From Octopus sinensis (lineage: Eukaryota), in NCBI RefSeq assembly GCF_006345805.1, contig NC_043001.1, positions 71,238,001 to 71,302,000 of the forward strand: a DNA stretch of 64,000 nt, in the 5' to 3' direction. The notes under the pieces were generated by a model that searched no databases, was not told the DNA's origin, and saw only the letters and a program-made list of their open reading frames with translations. The position numbers were made by a program, and so were the translations under genes. Shown here piece after piece: positions 38,788 through 53,879 of this stretch (the stretch's first letter is position 1; each line of letters begins with the position of its first letter).

Positions 38788-39899
38788 CATATATATATAT
38801 ACATACATGTTTCGTTCAAATGAAGTATCTCAAGTCTCGGTACATTTTAATATTTTCTTGGCCTCATCTTCTCAATGATGTGGCAATAGCGATGCATAGT
38901 GGCTATTTGCGTCTTTGTAAGGCACCATAGGGATACATGTGTGACAATTAAATCCATCGTCACTAGATTTAAAACCGCGTAACTGTTAACTATCTATAAC
39001 ATTTATAGAATATTTGACGTGTGAGTTTTGATTTATCATTTACTATTAATATAGATTCTATATCGTAACTTGTAATCGTGTATGTGTCTGTTTTGTGTTA
39101 TAGATATGTAATTGTCGGCATTATCTATATAAGTGTGTTAGATACGTAGTTAGTAATATTGATTTCTCTATGATCACGTATATTATTATCGGTTCGTTTG
39201 AGCAGCTTTCGTAGTCTGTACATCTTTCTGTGATATACTCAGACATTGAAAATTTGATAATCACAGCTTATACGTATCTACTCTTACTTATCTGTATATT
39301 TAGTGTTTAAAATGTCTGTCTCTTATATTGATATATTATTCTTGTATCTCGTATCTCATATTTCGTTTCCTGTATTCGTATCTGATTCTAATTACCAGGA
39401 TTACTATCTCAATAATCTCTATAAACTTCTGCCGAGAGAAGCAGAGGTTAATTATAGTTTAATGTATGTCGGCGTAGTTTAATGCGTGTCGGTGTTAATC
39501 TATTACCAAAGTGGAAATATGTATGTTCACAATATTTTGTTTTTCAGTATTAAAGTCAATATCTCAATAGCAGTTCAGTGAGGCAAAAATAATTTCAGTG
39601 TATTCCAGGTATTATCTGGCCTTCAGTTCTCAATTCCCTTTAGAGTCGTAGGGCTAGAGTGGTGATATACATCATGTCTTGTGCACCTTCTCTTTAAATA
39701 TGACCACTGACGATTTCAGCCACAAAGAGAGGAAAATTACAGAGAGAAAATAAATCAGAGCGAAGAAAGGGAGGAATGATCCCCGTGTAGGACTGGTGTT
39801 GTATTTTTGGACGTCAACTAGACGAGAGGCAAAGATAATCTCGGCGATATTTGAATGCAGATCGCAGACTGCCTGATCGTCTATGGTTAGAGAAGCTAT

Positions 39900-41490
39900 T
39901 CTACCATTTCACCATCATAATATCGCAATTCCCTCAACCATTGCAGTATACAACTGTGAACAGAAGAAATCACTAGGAACTGTCGACTTACAAAAAATAG
40001 CGGCGAAATTTGTCTCGATTGAACAAGTACCGTTTGAACTAGGAGACATTCTATTAGATAATGTAATCATAAACGCAGTTAAAGATGGTCACAACTGGAA
40101 AACATTTAATCATAGTTCTGCTCAAGTAAGGTTAATAAAGAGCTAAACAAGTAGGGGTTATGAAGAATGTAACTAAATATCGTAGTCTATTTAGGCAGTC
40201 GCTCTTTTTACTATAACGTGCGTACGCTGAATCAGAAAATTATTATAATCTTCAGTGGATCGTGATAAATATTTATATTGTATATAGGCAGTGAAGTAAG
40301 AAATTACACATGTTAAGCAAGATGGTTGAGTAATATGCTTGGGAAATAGAGCATGATCGTAGCGGATATAATTGAAAAATAGATTAATTACGCCAGGCTT
40401 TTGCAATGACCATTTTAGCGTAGGAGCTTATACAGTAAGATAATACAAGATCTGTATCTAAGACATTATATACAAAGATAATATACATTTACGAAACGAA
40501 CCAACAGGGAAGACTTTGAGTAGTCATTCAACAAGCTGAATTCAACTGACAAATTCATTTCATATTATTTTCCCTTTCAAGTGGTAAATATAAAAAGAAA
40601 GGTTTGGAGAAACTGTTTTGGTTTTGTGTTGGCAAAAGGTATTTAATGAACTATGAAAATTTGCATAGTCTTATAACATGGCGAGAAAAAATATCCTCTT
40701 TAGTGTGTTGGTACGTAGGTTTTTCGATTCTAATCACCGCATACGAAATTATTCAAAACTTTTTTATATCCACTTACAAATGTATGCCACATTGTATATT
40801 GGAGTTCATAAAAAATAGCGAGTAGTTAACATTGGGAAACATTTAATAAAATGTCTACTCAGCTAACCAACATCAATTAGATTTACAATGATTAAGTTAG
40901 TATCATGGAATGAAATAACAACATGATATGTATAATTGGGAAAATATGTATATTCTGAAGATTCACAGAATTGCCCCTAATTTTCTATCTCAGATTTCTG
41001 TATTCCTATTCAAATTGTAAATAAAATTGAATTATGTTAGATCCTATTTAAGGTTAATGCAATACAAATTGCAGAAAAAATAGTTACTTTATTGCATGAC
41101 ATGTCCACAATCCGATGATAATTATATCGGCCAGACCGGAACAATATTAATGAACTGAGATAGAATGCACAGAAGTTAAATTAAATATCTTCTGCTAGGA
41201 ATATTTCAAAAGATTCATATAGTGAATATCAAAAAATTTGTGCGAATACAAAATTCGAAATATTTTTTTTTTTTTTTTTGATTACACGAAGAACATTAAC
41301 AGTCAAGAAAAGTAAACAAAAAGGAATAAATTATGAGGATACCGAGTCGGAAATTAAAGCGGAAACAGCGAAAACGAATACTTCTGTACATTATTGTAAC
41401 AAATGTGTTCAAAAAGCTGAAAAATGTGAGAAGTGTTTACATACGAAGAATCTTCCATCAGGTCTGTGTTATTCTGCTTGTTATTAGAGT
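39900..41490 (+). mobile_element. Degenerate piggyBac-like transposase
   Basis: PFELGDILLDNVII (N-terminal), FG.KLFWFCV..RYLMNYE (core) and a C-terminal Cys-rich domain (TSVHYCNKC..SGLCYSACY*). Confidence 0.55.
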
Positions 41491-42039
41491 TTTTATATAA
41501 TTAATAACTTAAGTAAATTGTTTACACGCATATATAAGTATGTGTATGTATGTATGTATGTATGTATGTATGTATGTATGTATGTATGTATGTATGTACA
41601 AAGAAGGAAATGAACACATACCCTTGCCAGGGTTGTAAACAGTTTTAATCTACCTTATTCAACTTACACCTTATCGACTAATGTAGAGCTAGAGTACAAC
41701 TCACTTCCTCGGCATAATTTGCAATTGGATGGACTTTGAAACCATATACCTGCGAAACGACCCGCTTACACATATAGATATGATTACACTCCTAGTGAAT
41801 AGAAAAATGAAAGATGACCCACTGTTCGACGCTTCCAGTGAGAACTACAATGGGACAAAATTGCTGAACACGTTAGGTTATTTATCTTGGATACCTAAAA
41901 TTGCACCCCACCTGACTTCAACCCTGTACAGAGACTATAACCAGATAATCTCACGCTACATGTGTGTATGTGAGCGCGTGTGCGTAAGTATGTTTTTTTT
42001 TAATATATATATATAAATATATGTATATATATACTCTTT

Positions 42040-42261
42040 ACTCTTTTATTCTTTTACATGTTTCAGTCATTTGACTGCGGCCATGCTGGAGCACTGCCTT
42101 TAGTCGACTAAATCGACCCCGAGTCTTATTCTTTGTAAGCCCAGTACTTATTCTATCGGTCTCTTTTGCCGAACCGCTAGGTGACGGGGACGTAAACACA
42201 CCAGGATCGGTTGTCAAGCAATGCTAGGGGTACAAACACAGACACACAAACACATACACAT

Positions 42262-42316
<55 letters not shown>

Positions 42317-42473
42317 TACGACAGGCTTCTTTCAGTTTCCGTCTACTAAATCCACTCACAAGGCATTGGTCAGCCCGGGGCTATAGCAGAAGACACTTGC
42401 CCAAGATGCCACGCAGTGGGACTTAACCCGGAACCATTTGGTTGGTTAGCAAGCTACTTACCACACAGTCACT

Positions 42474-42477
<4 letters not shown>
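42040..42477 (-). mobile_element. tRNA-derived SINE family A, full length
   Basis: Same orientation and structure as 15851-16254. Confidence 0.9.
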
Positions 42478-42528
<51 letters not shown>

Positions 42529-42734
42529 GGTGTATATATATATTAGAGAAATCCAAGGGCTCGTCTTCTGTCTGAATAGTTCTTACTCAGTGAATTTTTC
42601 TTTTAATCTGTGAGTCACTTTTGATTTTCATTGAGAAAGAGTTATCATTAGATACACATTATAACTGAAACTATATCTCGCACCATCAGGTAGCATATTA
42701 GTTGTTCGTGTGGATAGATAGATAGATGGATGGC

Positions 42735-44116
<1,382 letters not shown>

Positions 44117-44117
44117 T

Positions 44118-44292
<175 letters not shown>

Positions 44293-44298
44293 TAGTTA

Positions 44299-44349
<51 letters not shown>

Positions 44350-44350
<1 letters not shown>

Positions 44351-45929
44351 ATTAAAAAGTCAATAAAAGAAAATGGAGAAGAAAAATTTAAAAGATGCTT
44401 AGTTTGTTTTATTTGTATTACAATTGGAAAAGTAATGCAAATAAAAAACGGTAAAAAAGATGTACAATATACCCATAAGAGTATTAAAACCCGCCTCAAC
44501 CAAGAAAATACCTCAAAAATATCAAAACAGAAGATATTCTACATACATACGTTTCGATATAACAATATTTAAGAATCATCAATAATTATGACTTTAAAAG
44601 ATGCAATAATTTTTATTTTGTTAGATCTCTCCGGGAAAAACAAGTGTATTTTAGTCTTGAGTTACGAAATAACTTATTTGACTTATTCCAGGATAATGTT
44701 TACATATTTTCAAATGTAAACAATCTTACTTTAAAAGACGCATAACCCTTGTGCTTAGAAATTTATCTTTTAAAATTTAGCTAATATTGAACGTTAAAAT
44801 GCTACTTAAACATCAAATTCATTTGAAAAGAAATACACACTTACCTATTACATATATTATATTATATTTATATTCATATTTACACCTATAAAGGTTAATG
44901 CAATGGAGGCAGCAAAAAGACGGCCGTAATACCTTGTGAGCGGTGCAATATGCGAAAAAAGCTAAACTAGGAAAAAGTAAATAAATAAAGATTTGATGAA
45001 CAACATTGGTGCTATTTATGAATTAAATCATTCAGGCCACAATCCCCAACGATTCTAAGAAAAAACAAAGTGCACAAAAAAAATACAACACGGACTAATA
45101 TTAATACTAGGGAAGTCAAAAACGGTGTTACAGGACTAATTCCCTAGGTCAAAATTTGACCTGGTAGTGATCTCCATGTATTTCGCATCTATATGTGTGT
45201 GTAAAACCATGTCAAAATCTTCATACTCACACATTGAAATGCATTAAAATCACCAACGTTCACAAAGTCGGAACCACAACACGAACTGCTACCAATGCCA
45301 GGAGGCCAAAAACGGTGACACAGGACAGATTCCCCAGGTCAAAACTTGAGCCTCAAGTGATCTCCTTTTATTTTATATCCATGAAAAATAAGTCCTTTCA
45401 TAACTCAAGACTAAAATACACTTATTTTTATAGAAAAGTTCTAACAGTATACAGATTATTGCATCTTTAAAGTTATAATTATTCTTTTCTAGCCACAAGG
45501 CTCGAAATTTTGGGGTAGGGGGCCAGTCGATTAGATCGACTCCTGTCTGCAACTGGTAATTAATTTATCGACCTCGAAAGTGATGAAAGGCAAACTCGAC
45601 CTCGGTGGAATTTGAACTCAGAACGTAGAGGGACGAAATACTGCTAAGCATTTCTCCCGGCGTGCAAAAGTTTCTGCCAGGTTGCTGCCTTTTAAAGTTA
45701 TAATTATTGATGATTCTTAAATATTGTTATATCGAAACGTATATATGTATGTAGATTTTTCTTTTGCATTTTGGGGTTATTTTGTTATAAAAGACCGTTC
45801 CTTTTATACTCTTATAGGTATATTTTTCATCTTTTAATTTACATGACTTTTCCAATTGTAATACAATTAAAGCAAAAAAGTATCTTTCTAATGCCTCTTC
45901 TCCATTTTCTTTTACAGACTTTTTTAATT
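44350..45929. mobile_element. Foldback-like element with long imperfect inverted arms
   Basis: About 44350-44695 matches the reverse complement of about 45375-45929 once the SINE at 45484-45690 is removed. Confidence 0.75.
45484..45690 (-). mobile_element. SINE family B with 18-bp target-site duplication
   Basis: TTTAAAGTTATAATTATT occurs at both 45466-45483 and 45691-45708. Confidence 0.92.
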
Positions 45930-46124
45930 TTACGAGACTGTTTATACACATATGTATTCACGATCTTCCTATCAATATATTTGGTTAAACTCAATTTTGC
46001 ATCAGGATTTTAACATTCCCTTACGTGAATATTGCTTCCTCATATTCTGAATGCATATATATATAACGGGAAGGCTTACGAAAATAAACAAAAGACGAAG
46101 GCAGGTTTACGAAAATAAACAAAA

Positions 46125-46156
<32 letters not shown>

Positions 46157-46306
46157 GCCTGCTCGCTTAGCCAGCGTGGTGGCGTCATACGAAGGCTAAA
46201 ACAATGCGAACGCATTGTGACCAGCGATGTGTAACAACATCTGATGGTCTGGTCGGTCACGTGATCACGTGATATATATATATATATATATATATGCATA
46301 TGTATT

Positions 46307-46611
46307 CACAGGACGTCATGACAGCCCTTCCTGTTTGTTTTCACTGTCGTGTTTCTGTTACCTATTTTGACCCTCCGCAAAATCCCAAATATTATTAAAT
46401 TTGCTTTGCAGGAGCAACTGTTTTATCGAAAGCGTATATTGTTGTTAAATGCTCGAAATACGAGACTAGAAAAACACCCAACAATTGATGAAGGGTCGTT
46501 CTTTATGTTATTTGTTTTGTTTTCCATTTGTGTTTTTCGTTGTCCGAAATAGTTCATGTTCCATGTACTCGTGCTTCGTTTTTTGTTGTACATGCTTCAT
46601 GACGTCCTGTG
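46307..46611. mobile_element. 305-bp element with perfect 15-bp terminal inverted repeats, between (TA)n tracts
   Basis: CACAGGACGTCATGA (46307-46321) and TCATGACGTCCTGTG (46597-46611). Confidence 0.7.
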
Positions 46612-46613
46612 CC

Positions 46614-46699
<86 letters not shown>

Positions 46700-46759
46700 A
46701 TGTATGTATATATTATCGGTATTATTATATGATTGAATGCCACGCATCCTCTTACAAGT

Positions 46760-46799
<40 letters not shown>

Positions 46800-47655
46800 T
46801 AGTTGAAAAATATCGATATAGATATATAAAAATACCAAAATACCATAAACAACTATAGGAAAAAGCAGGAGAAAAGATCTTGAATCAAGTAGATTTAATA
46901 CAAAATAGGATTCAATACATACCCGCGTTTCAAAGGATGATACAAATATGTAAGAAAAAAATATAACCATAGTAATTATAATTACGTTTATGCATTGTCA
47001 TTTTCATCAGTGTGAAAAATTCTTGTAAGGACATCAAAAAGGTTTAATAAAGTAAAGTAAAATAAGTACAATAAGGGAGAATACAAGCGGGATAATGGGG
47101 AAAAAATGGATATTTGCAAGTAAGTTTTATAAGAGGAAAATAACAGTAATAATAATAAGAAGAAAAGAGACGAAAGGGAAAAAAGACAGACATCAATGTG
47201 TATGTACGTCTATATGTGCGGTAAACTATAACATAAAAATAAAAATGAAAAGCTAACGGGTATGTTTAAAAAATGATAACAGATCGAGGCAAAGTATAAT
47301 AAACAGGGCAACGTGTGTATAGTAGAATATAACGTAACAGTGAAAAACGAAAAAATACATGTACATATATTTTACACGAGGCTAAAAAGTGATAGGCAAG
47401 ACTATGTTTGAAAGAAGTTACGATATTAAAGTAAAAATGTACATACATGCAGAGAAAAAAAACAAAGAGAACTTAACAAGGAAAAAACCATCGATCAGAC
47501 AAGACTGGCCAGTGTAATTCAAGAGAGTTACCTTACTCAAAAACTAGCTCGGGGTAGGGGAGACAATTATATAGACGTGCATACACATTGATATGTCTGT
47601 TTTTCTTCCCTTACGTCTCTCTTACTATTATTATTGCTGTTATTTTCCTCTTATA
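46800..47655 (-). mobile_element. PLE pLTR/3'-UTR-like fragment with internal inverted repeat
   Basis: Pyrimidine-rich on minus, with a hammerhead motif. 47128-47215 is an inverted homolog of 47569-47655. Bounded by (TA)n. Confidence 0.6.
46917..47013 (-). ncRNA. Type I hammerhead motif with long, poorly paired stem II
   Basis: ACA-CTGATGA-[long insert]-GAAA-C gcgg GTA-TGT; intact core and stem I ACA/TGT. Confidence 0.55.
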
Positions 47656-47656
47656 C

Positions 47657-47795
<139 letters not shown>

Positions 47796-49849
47796 TGTGT
47801 ATGTACGTTTTTCTTCTTATGGGAAGTTATGTACAAAATCAATTTAACATTAAGTTGAAGAATCACTTAATATTTAGTAGTAAAGTAGATATCAGTGTCG
47901 AGAAGTCAAGAAGATGATGACGGCTGGTAATCCGAAACTTAAAGGTACATGTCCTTGTAAAAATTAATACAACGCGCATTCAGCCAGACTCTCTCCCTTT
48001 CTTTCTCTCTCTCATTCTCTCTTTCTTTCTCTCTCTCTCTCTTTCTCTCTCTCCCTCTCTCTCTGAATATACATGTGTGTGTGTCTGTGCTTTTGTGTTA
48101 TGAATCTGTATGTGTGCATGTACCTGTGTGTGTATGCGTGTGTGTTATAAATCAGTTCATTCCTCGGAAATCTTTTCTTATTTGTAGTAATATTAGATTT
48201 TCCTGCAGTACATTGATTTCCCTTGTATTCAGGAAAAAATACACAAAATAATTGAGATCACAAGGAAGGGTGGGATGAAAGAGTCGGCGGCAGTTACTAT
48301 AGGAGGGATCGTAAGTATGCGCCCATCTTAAATGAATTCATCGTATAAGTAAAACTTATTGAATACTTGACTGATCAAAACCAGTTCACAAGCTGGACTC
48401 GCTTGAAGCTTATTCTTTCTCTAGAATCAATTATTATCCTTTCTACGCAATATACATTTTAGTAAATAGCTTTATTGTTCAGAAATATTGAGGAAAATGT
48501 AAAATAAAATAGACAAAATCGATCTTATTAGGATTCCGAAAAGGAATCGTATTAACATTATATTTTACTTGTTTGTGGATGTGCATCTGTGTGTGTGTGT
48601 GTGTATGTGTGTGTTTGTGTGTATGACTGTGTGCATTAATGTATCAGGTCTACAATTTGCTACGACCATTTTATCAAGAGTTTACAACCAACTATATTAA
48701 TAAATATCGTATTACAAAAGCCCATAACGCGATATCTGATCTCGTGAGAAAACAATATATTCCTATAAATATGATCAATATTGTGATTTTTGACAATATT
48801 ACAATAAGGCAAAATTTCACAAAGTAAATTGCATTAGTTGAATTAGAAGAATAGTAGATACCGAAAAATGTATAAAAAATGTATACCTAGTAATGTTAAT
48901 TCTATGATGGAATTCAATTGAGATTCTTGTATCGGTTTTCTCTTTAGAAAGCGTGTTATAGCTACATACATACATACATACAATCATACATACATACATA
49001 CATACATACATACATACATACATACATAATACATACATACATACATACACACACACATACATACACATTTAAAAGTCTGAATGATATCTATTTTCTTTTT
49101 AAATGTCAATGAAAGCAATTATTGAGTTTACTGCGAAATGTATAATATCATAGATTGAAAATATAAAGGAAATATTTAACATTCATCTTCTTTCGTTGAT
49201 TTTTAAAATATAAATAAAATGAATTATGGTTTAAATGTAATATTTCATATTTTCTTTCTCCAAGTAAATTTGATTCAATTTAAATGGTGAACGAAAGAAA
49301 TGGAGCTTCGCTCAGGAACTAGACCAAAATAGTTTTGATACAATTTGCTGTGAATTATCTGCTTATATCTTTGCTCCTCGTAAGGTTGTCATGAAGAAAC
49401 AATTTTTTTCTTCAAATACCAAGGACGTAAAGTAATATTTATCTAAAAATTAGATAAATAAATATTGACACAGTATAATATCGACGTTTCTTTTGCCAGT
49501 TGGTTCTTATCATATTAGCTTCAAGTATATCAAGAATATTTAGTATAGCATAGATGATTCGCTTTTTTTATACAAAAAATGTTAAGTGAAATTCAGGGTT
49601 AGAGATATATGCCGAGTAATCACATTGGTACCGGTATCAAAGCACTTGTAAAGATTGAATACAATCGACTGAATTTAACCAGTACCTATGTATGGAACTT
49701 ATTTCATCAGCCTTCGTGTAAATTTAAAAACGAAAATTCAATCAGTCATTGATCTCAGCTTCTCGGATTATCATAATTGAACCCTGAGGCTCGCCTAGTC
49801 ATCTATCCAGTCATTTTACACAGTCTTCAGAAGTATACAAATATAGTTT

Positions 49850-50058
49850 TCCCATTTTGGCACAAGGCCAACAATGTCAGGGGAAGGAGTAAATGGATTA
49901 CATTGACCCCAGTGCTCAAATGGTTCTTCTTTTATTGAATCCACAAGGATGAATCGCAAAATCGACCTCGGTGGAATTTAAATTCAGAATGTAAATATGA
50001 ACGAAATGGTACAAAGCATTTTGCCTCGCGTGCTAATGATTTTGCCCGCTCACCGCCT
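49850..50058 (-). mobile_element. SINE family B (degenerate)
   Basis: atcgacctcggtggaatttaaattcagaa...aagcattttgcc..gcgtgctaatgattttgcccgctcaccgcc. Confidence 0.8.
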
Positions 50059-51689
50059 TAGATGTGGGCAAACATTGATCCTTAATACGCATATATATCC
50101 TCATGTTTTATGTGTACAAAGTATGACATAAAAAAACCTACCCCATTTTACAGGTTGACAATCGTTTCAACAGTAAGCGCAATGTACAGATACACAACAT
50201 TATGGTAAATGAAAGAAAAATCTATAAAACACTATCGGTATGAAGACACTGTTACAATCTGCTTAACTTTACTAGAAAAACAAGAATGACCGTATAAAAT
50301 CTGGGAGATTTTTCTATTGCATGATGTAGTAAAGATATAGTCGATTACAAAATTTGAGTGAGACTTATATCGTCGTTTTCAATAATATGAAAGAAAAAAG
50401 TTGACTTCGATTGGACTTAAACAAAGGGACATTAACTATCACGAAATATTTTGTGATAGTTATTCGACCGTTGCAAATACACAGCTGACTGGTCATTTAA
50501 TGCGATCTTTGTCCTGAGAGAAATACCGTGTAAAATCACAATGAATATCGGAGCGAGACGAAAACTGGTTCCTACAGCATCCAAGAAGACCAGATGCATT
50601 TCTGCATTTGGAGGCCTTTTCAATGGCGCATACTCGTAGCTAGCCATACGCTCAGAAAAGAATTCATCGTTCATGATGCAAGGAACAGTGAAGAAAGCAT
50701 TCACTGAAGTCAAGAATAGCCTCCTGTTGTATAAAGATCTGGCATATGCAATTGGGGCAGTAAAATTAAAATAAGCATCTATGTATCATACTTAATATAT
50801 ATACAAATTGATAGGCAAGTTACTCTGATATTTGCCCGGAGATAACTTTGTTATGGACGACACCCTAAAGGACTGAAATATATCGGGCATTTTCAGTAGC
50901 TGCTGCTCGAATGAATTTCATGTTCCTCTGATATTCAGTGTTTTTAACACACCTCATCCATAAGCGATATTGTCACAGTAGTAATTTGCCTATTAAAAGT
51001 GTATTTACATTATTTATACTACATATATGACTATTATAACTCAATATTGATTCGAATTTTTTATACCGAACTCTAAAACCTATTTTAAAATTGTCATTAC
51101 AATTTACAGTTGATATATGTATAGGAAGATTCTTCATGATATGTACACTTTGGAGTCCAATTCACTGGCGTAACAGACTGCAATGTGTCTTATCTATCCA
51201 GCTGTTCAAGATGTGTATCAAGAATAAATAACACTCAAATGTATTGCCTGCAAACCACTATATTTCCCTAATGTGACATGAACTAGATGCATACAACTAA
51301 AGCACTGATGCATTCAGTCTCTGTAACTTTCTAATTGTGTTAAAATCGAGGTATAAACAAATGAAATATTGATAATATAATGTTATATTAAAACTTCATT
51401 CTGACAACATTGTTATTATTTAATTCCTATTCTTAAATATTTTATATAGTTTGAGTTTCTTGCATTGGTGGTGGTGATGGTGGTGGTGGTGGTGGTGACG
51501 ACAACAACGACGACGATGATGATGATGATGAGGAGGAGGAGGAGAGGAGGAGGAGGAGGAGTTGGAGGAAGAGAATGAATAGTAATGTGTTCGTGGGTTT
51601 CCCATAATTATTATTAATGTTCTCAAGGGTTTGCCATAGTTATTACTAATGTAATTCAAAATGTAACAATATCTGTCATTAAAAATCTA

Positions 51690-52210
51690 TCCCCCGCTTG
51701 GAGAGTAGATTTCACAGAATATTCTACAGCTACTTTTCCTTCCACTTATGTACAATTGTTGCAAATAACGCTTGCTATGTGGCGGGTCTAAACATCCATG
51801 CCGACTGTGCTTTGTGATGCTAGATATGCTCTTTCCCCAAGGACGAGGTGCCATAATGTATCCTTTAGGCCTATTTTTGTACCCTATGGCTATGGCTGTC
51901 AATCTTAATACTCTCTGATGAATGGTGAAACTGACTGCTCTCTGATTTAACTTCGGTAGAAGATGGCTTGCTGAGGGAGCAGGTGCTCCTTCATTCTTTA
52001 ACAATACTTTTATCTACTTTGTTATTGACAATGTACTTGTGCTCTCCATCTTTTCACAGCTTATGTACATTTTGATATAAGCAAAACGCAAAGCCTCGTA
52101 GACGCACAGTGTCAGAGCTCACATTCATGCAAAGTTGAAGAAGTAACACTGTAATGTACTTCATGATAAAATTATTTTAGCATTTTCTGCGTCGTCATTG
52201 TTACTTTATA

Positions 52211-52270
<60 letters not shown>

Positions 52271-52274
52271 CGCG

Positions 52275-52327
<53 letters not shown>

Positions 52328-53400
52328 GAAATTGTACAAAATTTATAAAATTATAGCCCCATCCACCTAAAAGTAGAAAACATTAAGTATCATACACGCA
52401 TAATAAAGATAACAATGACGACAATTTAATAATACAAATAATTAAAACACGGTAAGCAATGAACCCTTTAACAGCTTCACTCTTACAAGAATGAAGGACT
52501 TGGAATAATGAAACACCGAGATATAAAGAATTTTATGAAACATACATTTCCATCATCACTTATCCAATGGATATCACAGTGGTTTCGACACCTGGTTAGT
52601 ACCATGCAAACCATCGGGCTCCTCATGAACAGAAATGACTACCAAGTTATTATTCAACCGGAGGTTATAGTGGAAGACACTTGCACAAGATACCGCCTAG
52701 GGCCTGAACTCGAAACTACACGGTCGCAAATCAATCTTGTTAACTTCAGGGCCGTGCCCGTGCCTATAAATCTACGCTGCCCATATATATAACGGGAAGG
52801 TTTACGAAAATAAACAAAAGACGAAGGCAGGTGGAGTACAAACAAACAATTGTATTATATATATCTTAGTTATTTGCATTAAATAGATTGCTAATTAATG
52901 GCTAGGATTTTGTATCAATTATATTCCACATCTCCACACTCCTCAGGGTTTGAGCTGAAGCTTAAGGTCAAACGTATCAGTGGTAGAATTTATCTGTGGA
53001 TACAACAATACACCCTCATGCAGGTGGTACAAAGTACATACAGAATACTGCTAGAATTCTGTATAATAATCGATTGTAGCAACCTGACATTTTCCATGTT
53101 TCACAGCCACCTAGTACAGAAGATACTTCCCAGTCTATGTGTCATTTCACGATACAATTAATCACAAACTTAAACAAGTTTTTGAGTTACTTACAAAGCA
53201 TAAACATTTCTTGAATGTAGCCTTTGGCACCACATCTTCTTACTTAAACATTTTACCTTAGAATTATTTGCCATTCCCGTATGTCCGGCCATTTGCAATG
53301 AAACAAATATTGCTTTGTACCCAATAAACGAGAAATTCTCCATAACACCACTTCTGTATTAAACTATATTCTTAGGCGGAAAGTTCTGCAGTTAATATTT
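51690..53400 (-). mobile_element. Scattered, highly decayed RTE-like LINE remnants
   Basis: Minus-frame SVLGGCETWK (about 53110) and weak RTE C-terminal-like pieces near 51860; interrupted by microsatellites and a SINE fragment. Confidence 0.3.
52620..52765 (-). mobile_element. SINE family A, 5' fragment (degenerate)
   Basis: ggaggttatagtggaagacacttgcacaagatacc..cctgaactcgaaac. Confidence 0.6.
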
Positions 53401-53879
53401 TTTGTTACTTTTTTCCGTTTACTATGATTCTTAGAATTTTCATTAACTTTCCTCCAATATCATGTAAATATCCTCTGTCCGCTGTCAATTTTAAAGCTTC
53501 ATCAGATGCCAAAACCCAAAATTTATTGGATTGATTCAAATATGTGGTTTATAATTCTGATTGGCGGAAAGAAGGGGAACTGTAGTGTATTGGAGTATTC
53601 AGAATATTTGCTGTTTCTAGTTTAAGGAATCCATAAACCTGATAATTCAAATAATGTCAAATAATAAACGCTGTTAGCTACACTGACATCAAACATTACA
53701 TGTTCATCACCGTATAGACTGGTACTAATAGTTTTAACCTTGTCATAGCTGCAAATCTACACATCAATTCATCTATTATAACTGAAATCTTTACTTGTAG
53801 TAGGATAAACATTTACTTGAATTACTGTTATTTCAGGTTTGTCGTTTATCCATGTAAAAAATAGGACAATATTTCTTCG

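Noticed and set aside
41693-42016. 95-aa ORF MDFETIYLRNDP...
   Set aside because: No good splice sites. An alternative frame gives VIYLGYL..HPT, resembling LINE RT motif 7, so it is likely a decayed LINE.
50820-50930. CTGAAAA-TGCCCG...CGGGCA-AAT hammerhead-like string on minus
   Set aside because: G12 is missing and C3-A8 is mismatched; too degenerate to call.
51420-51659. His/Pro/Ser-rich ORF
   Set aside because: Translation of (GGT)/(GAT)/(GGA) trinucleotide repeats.
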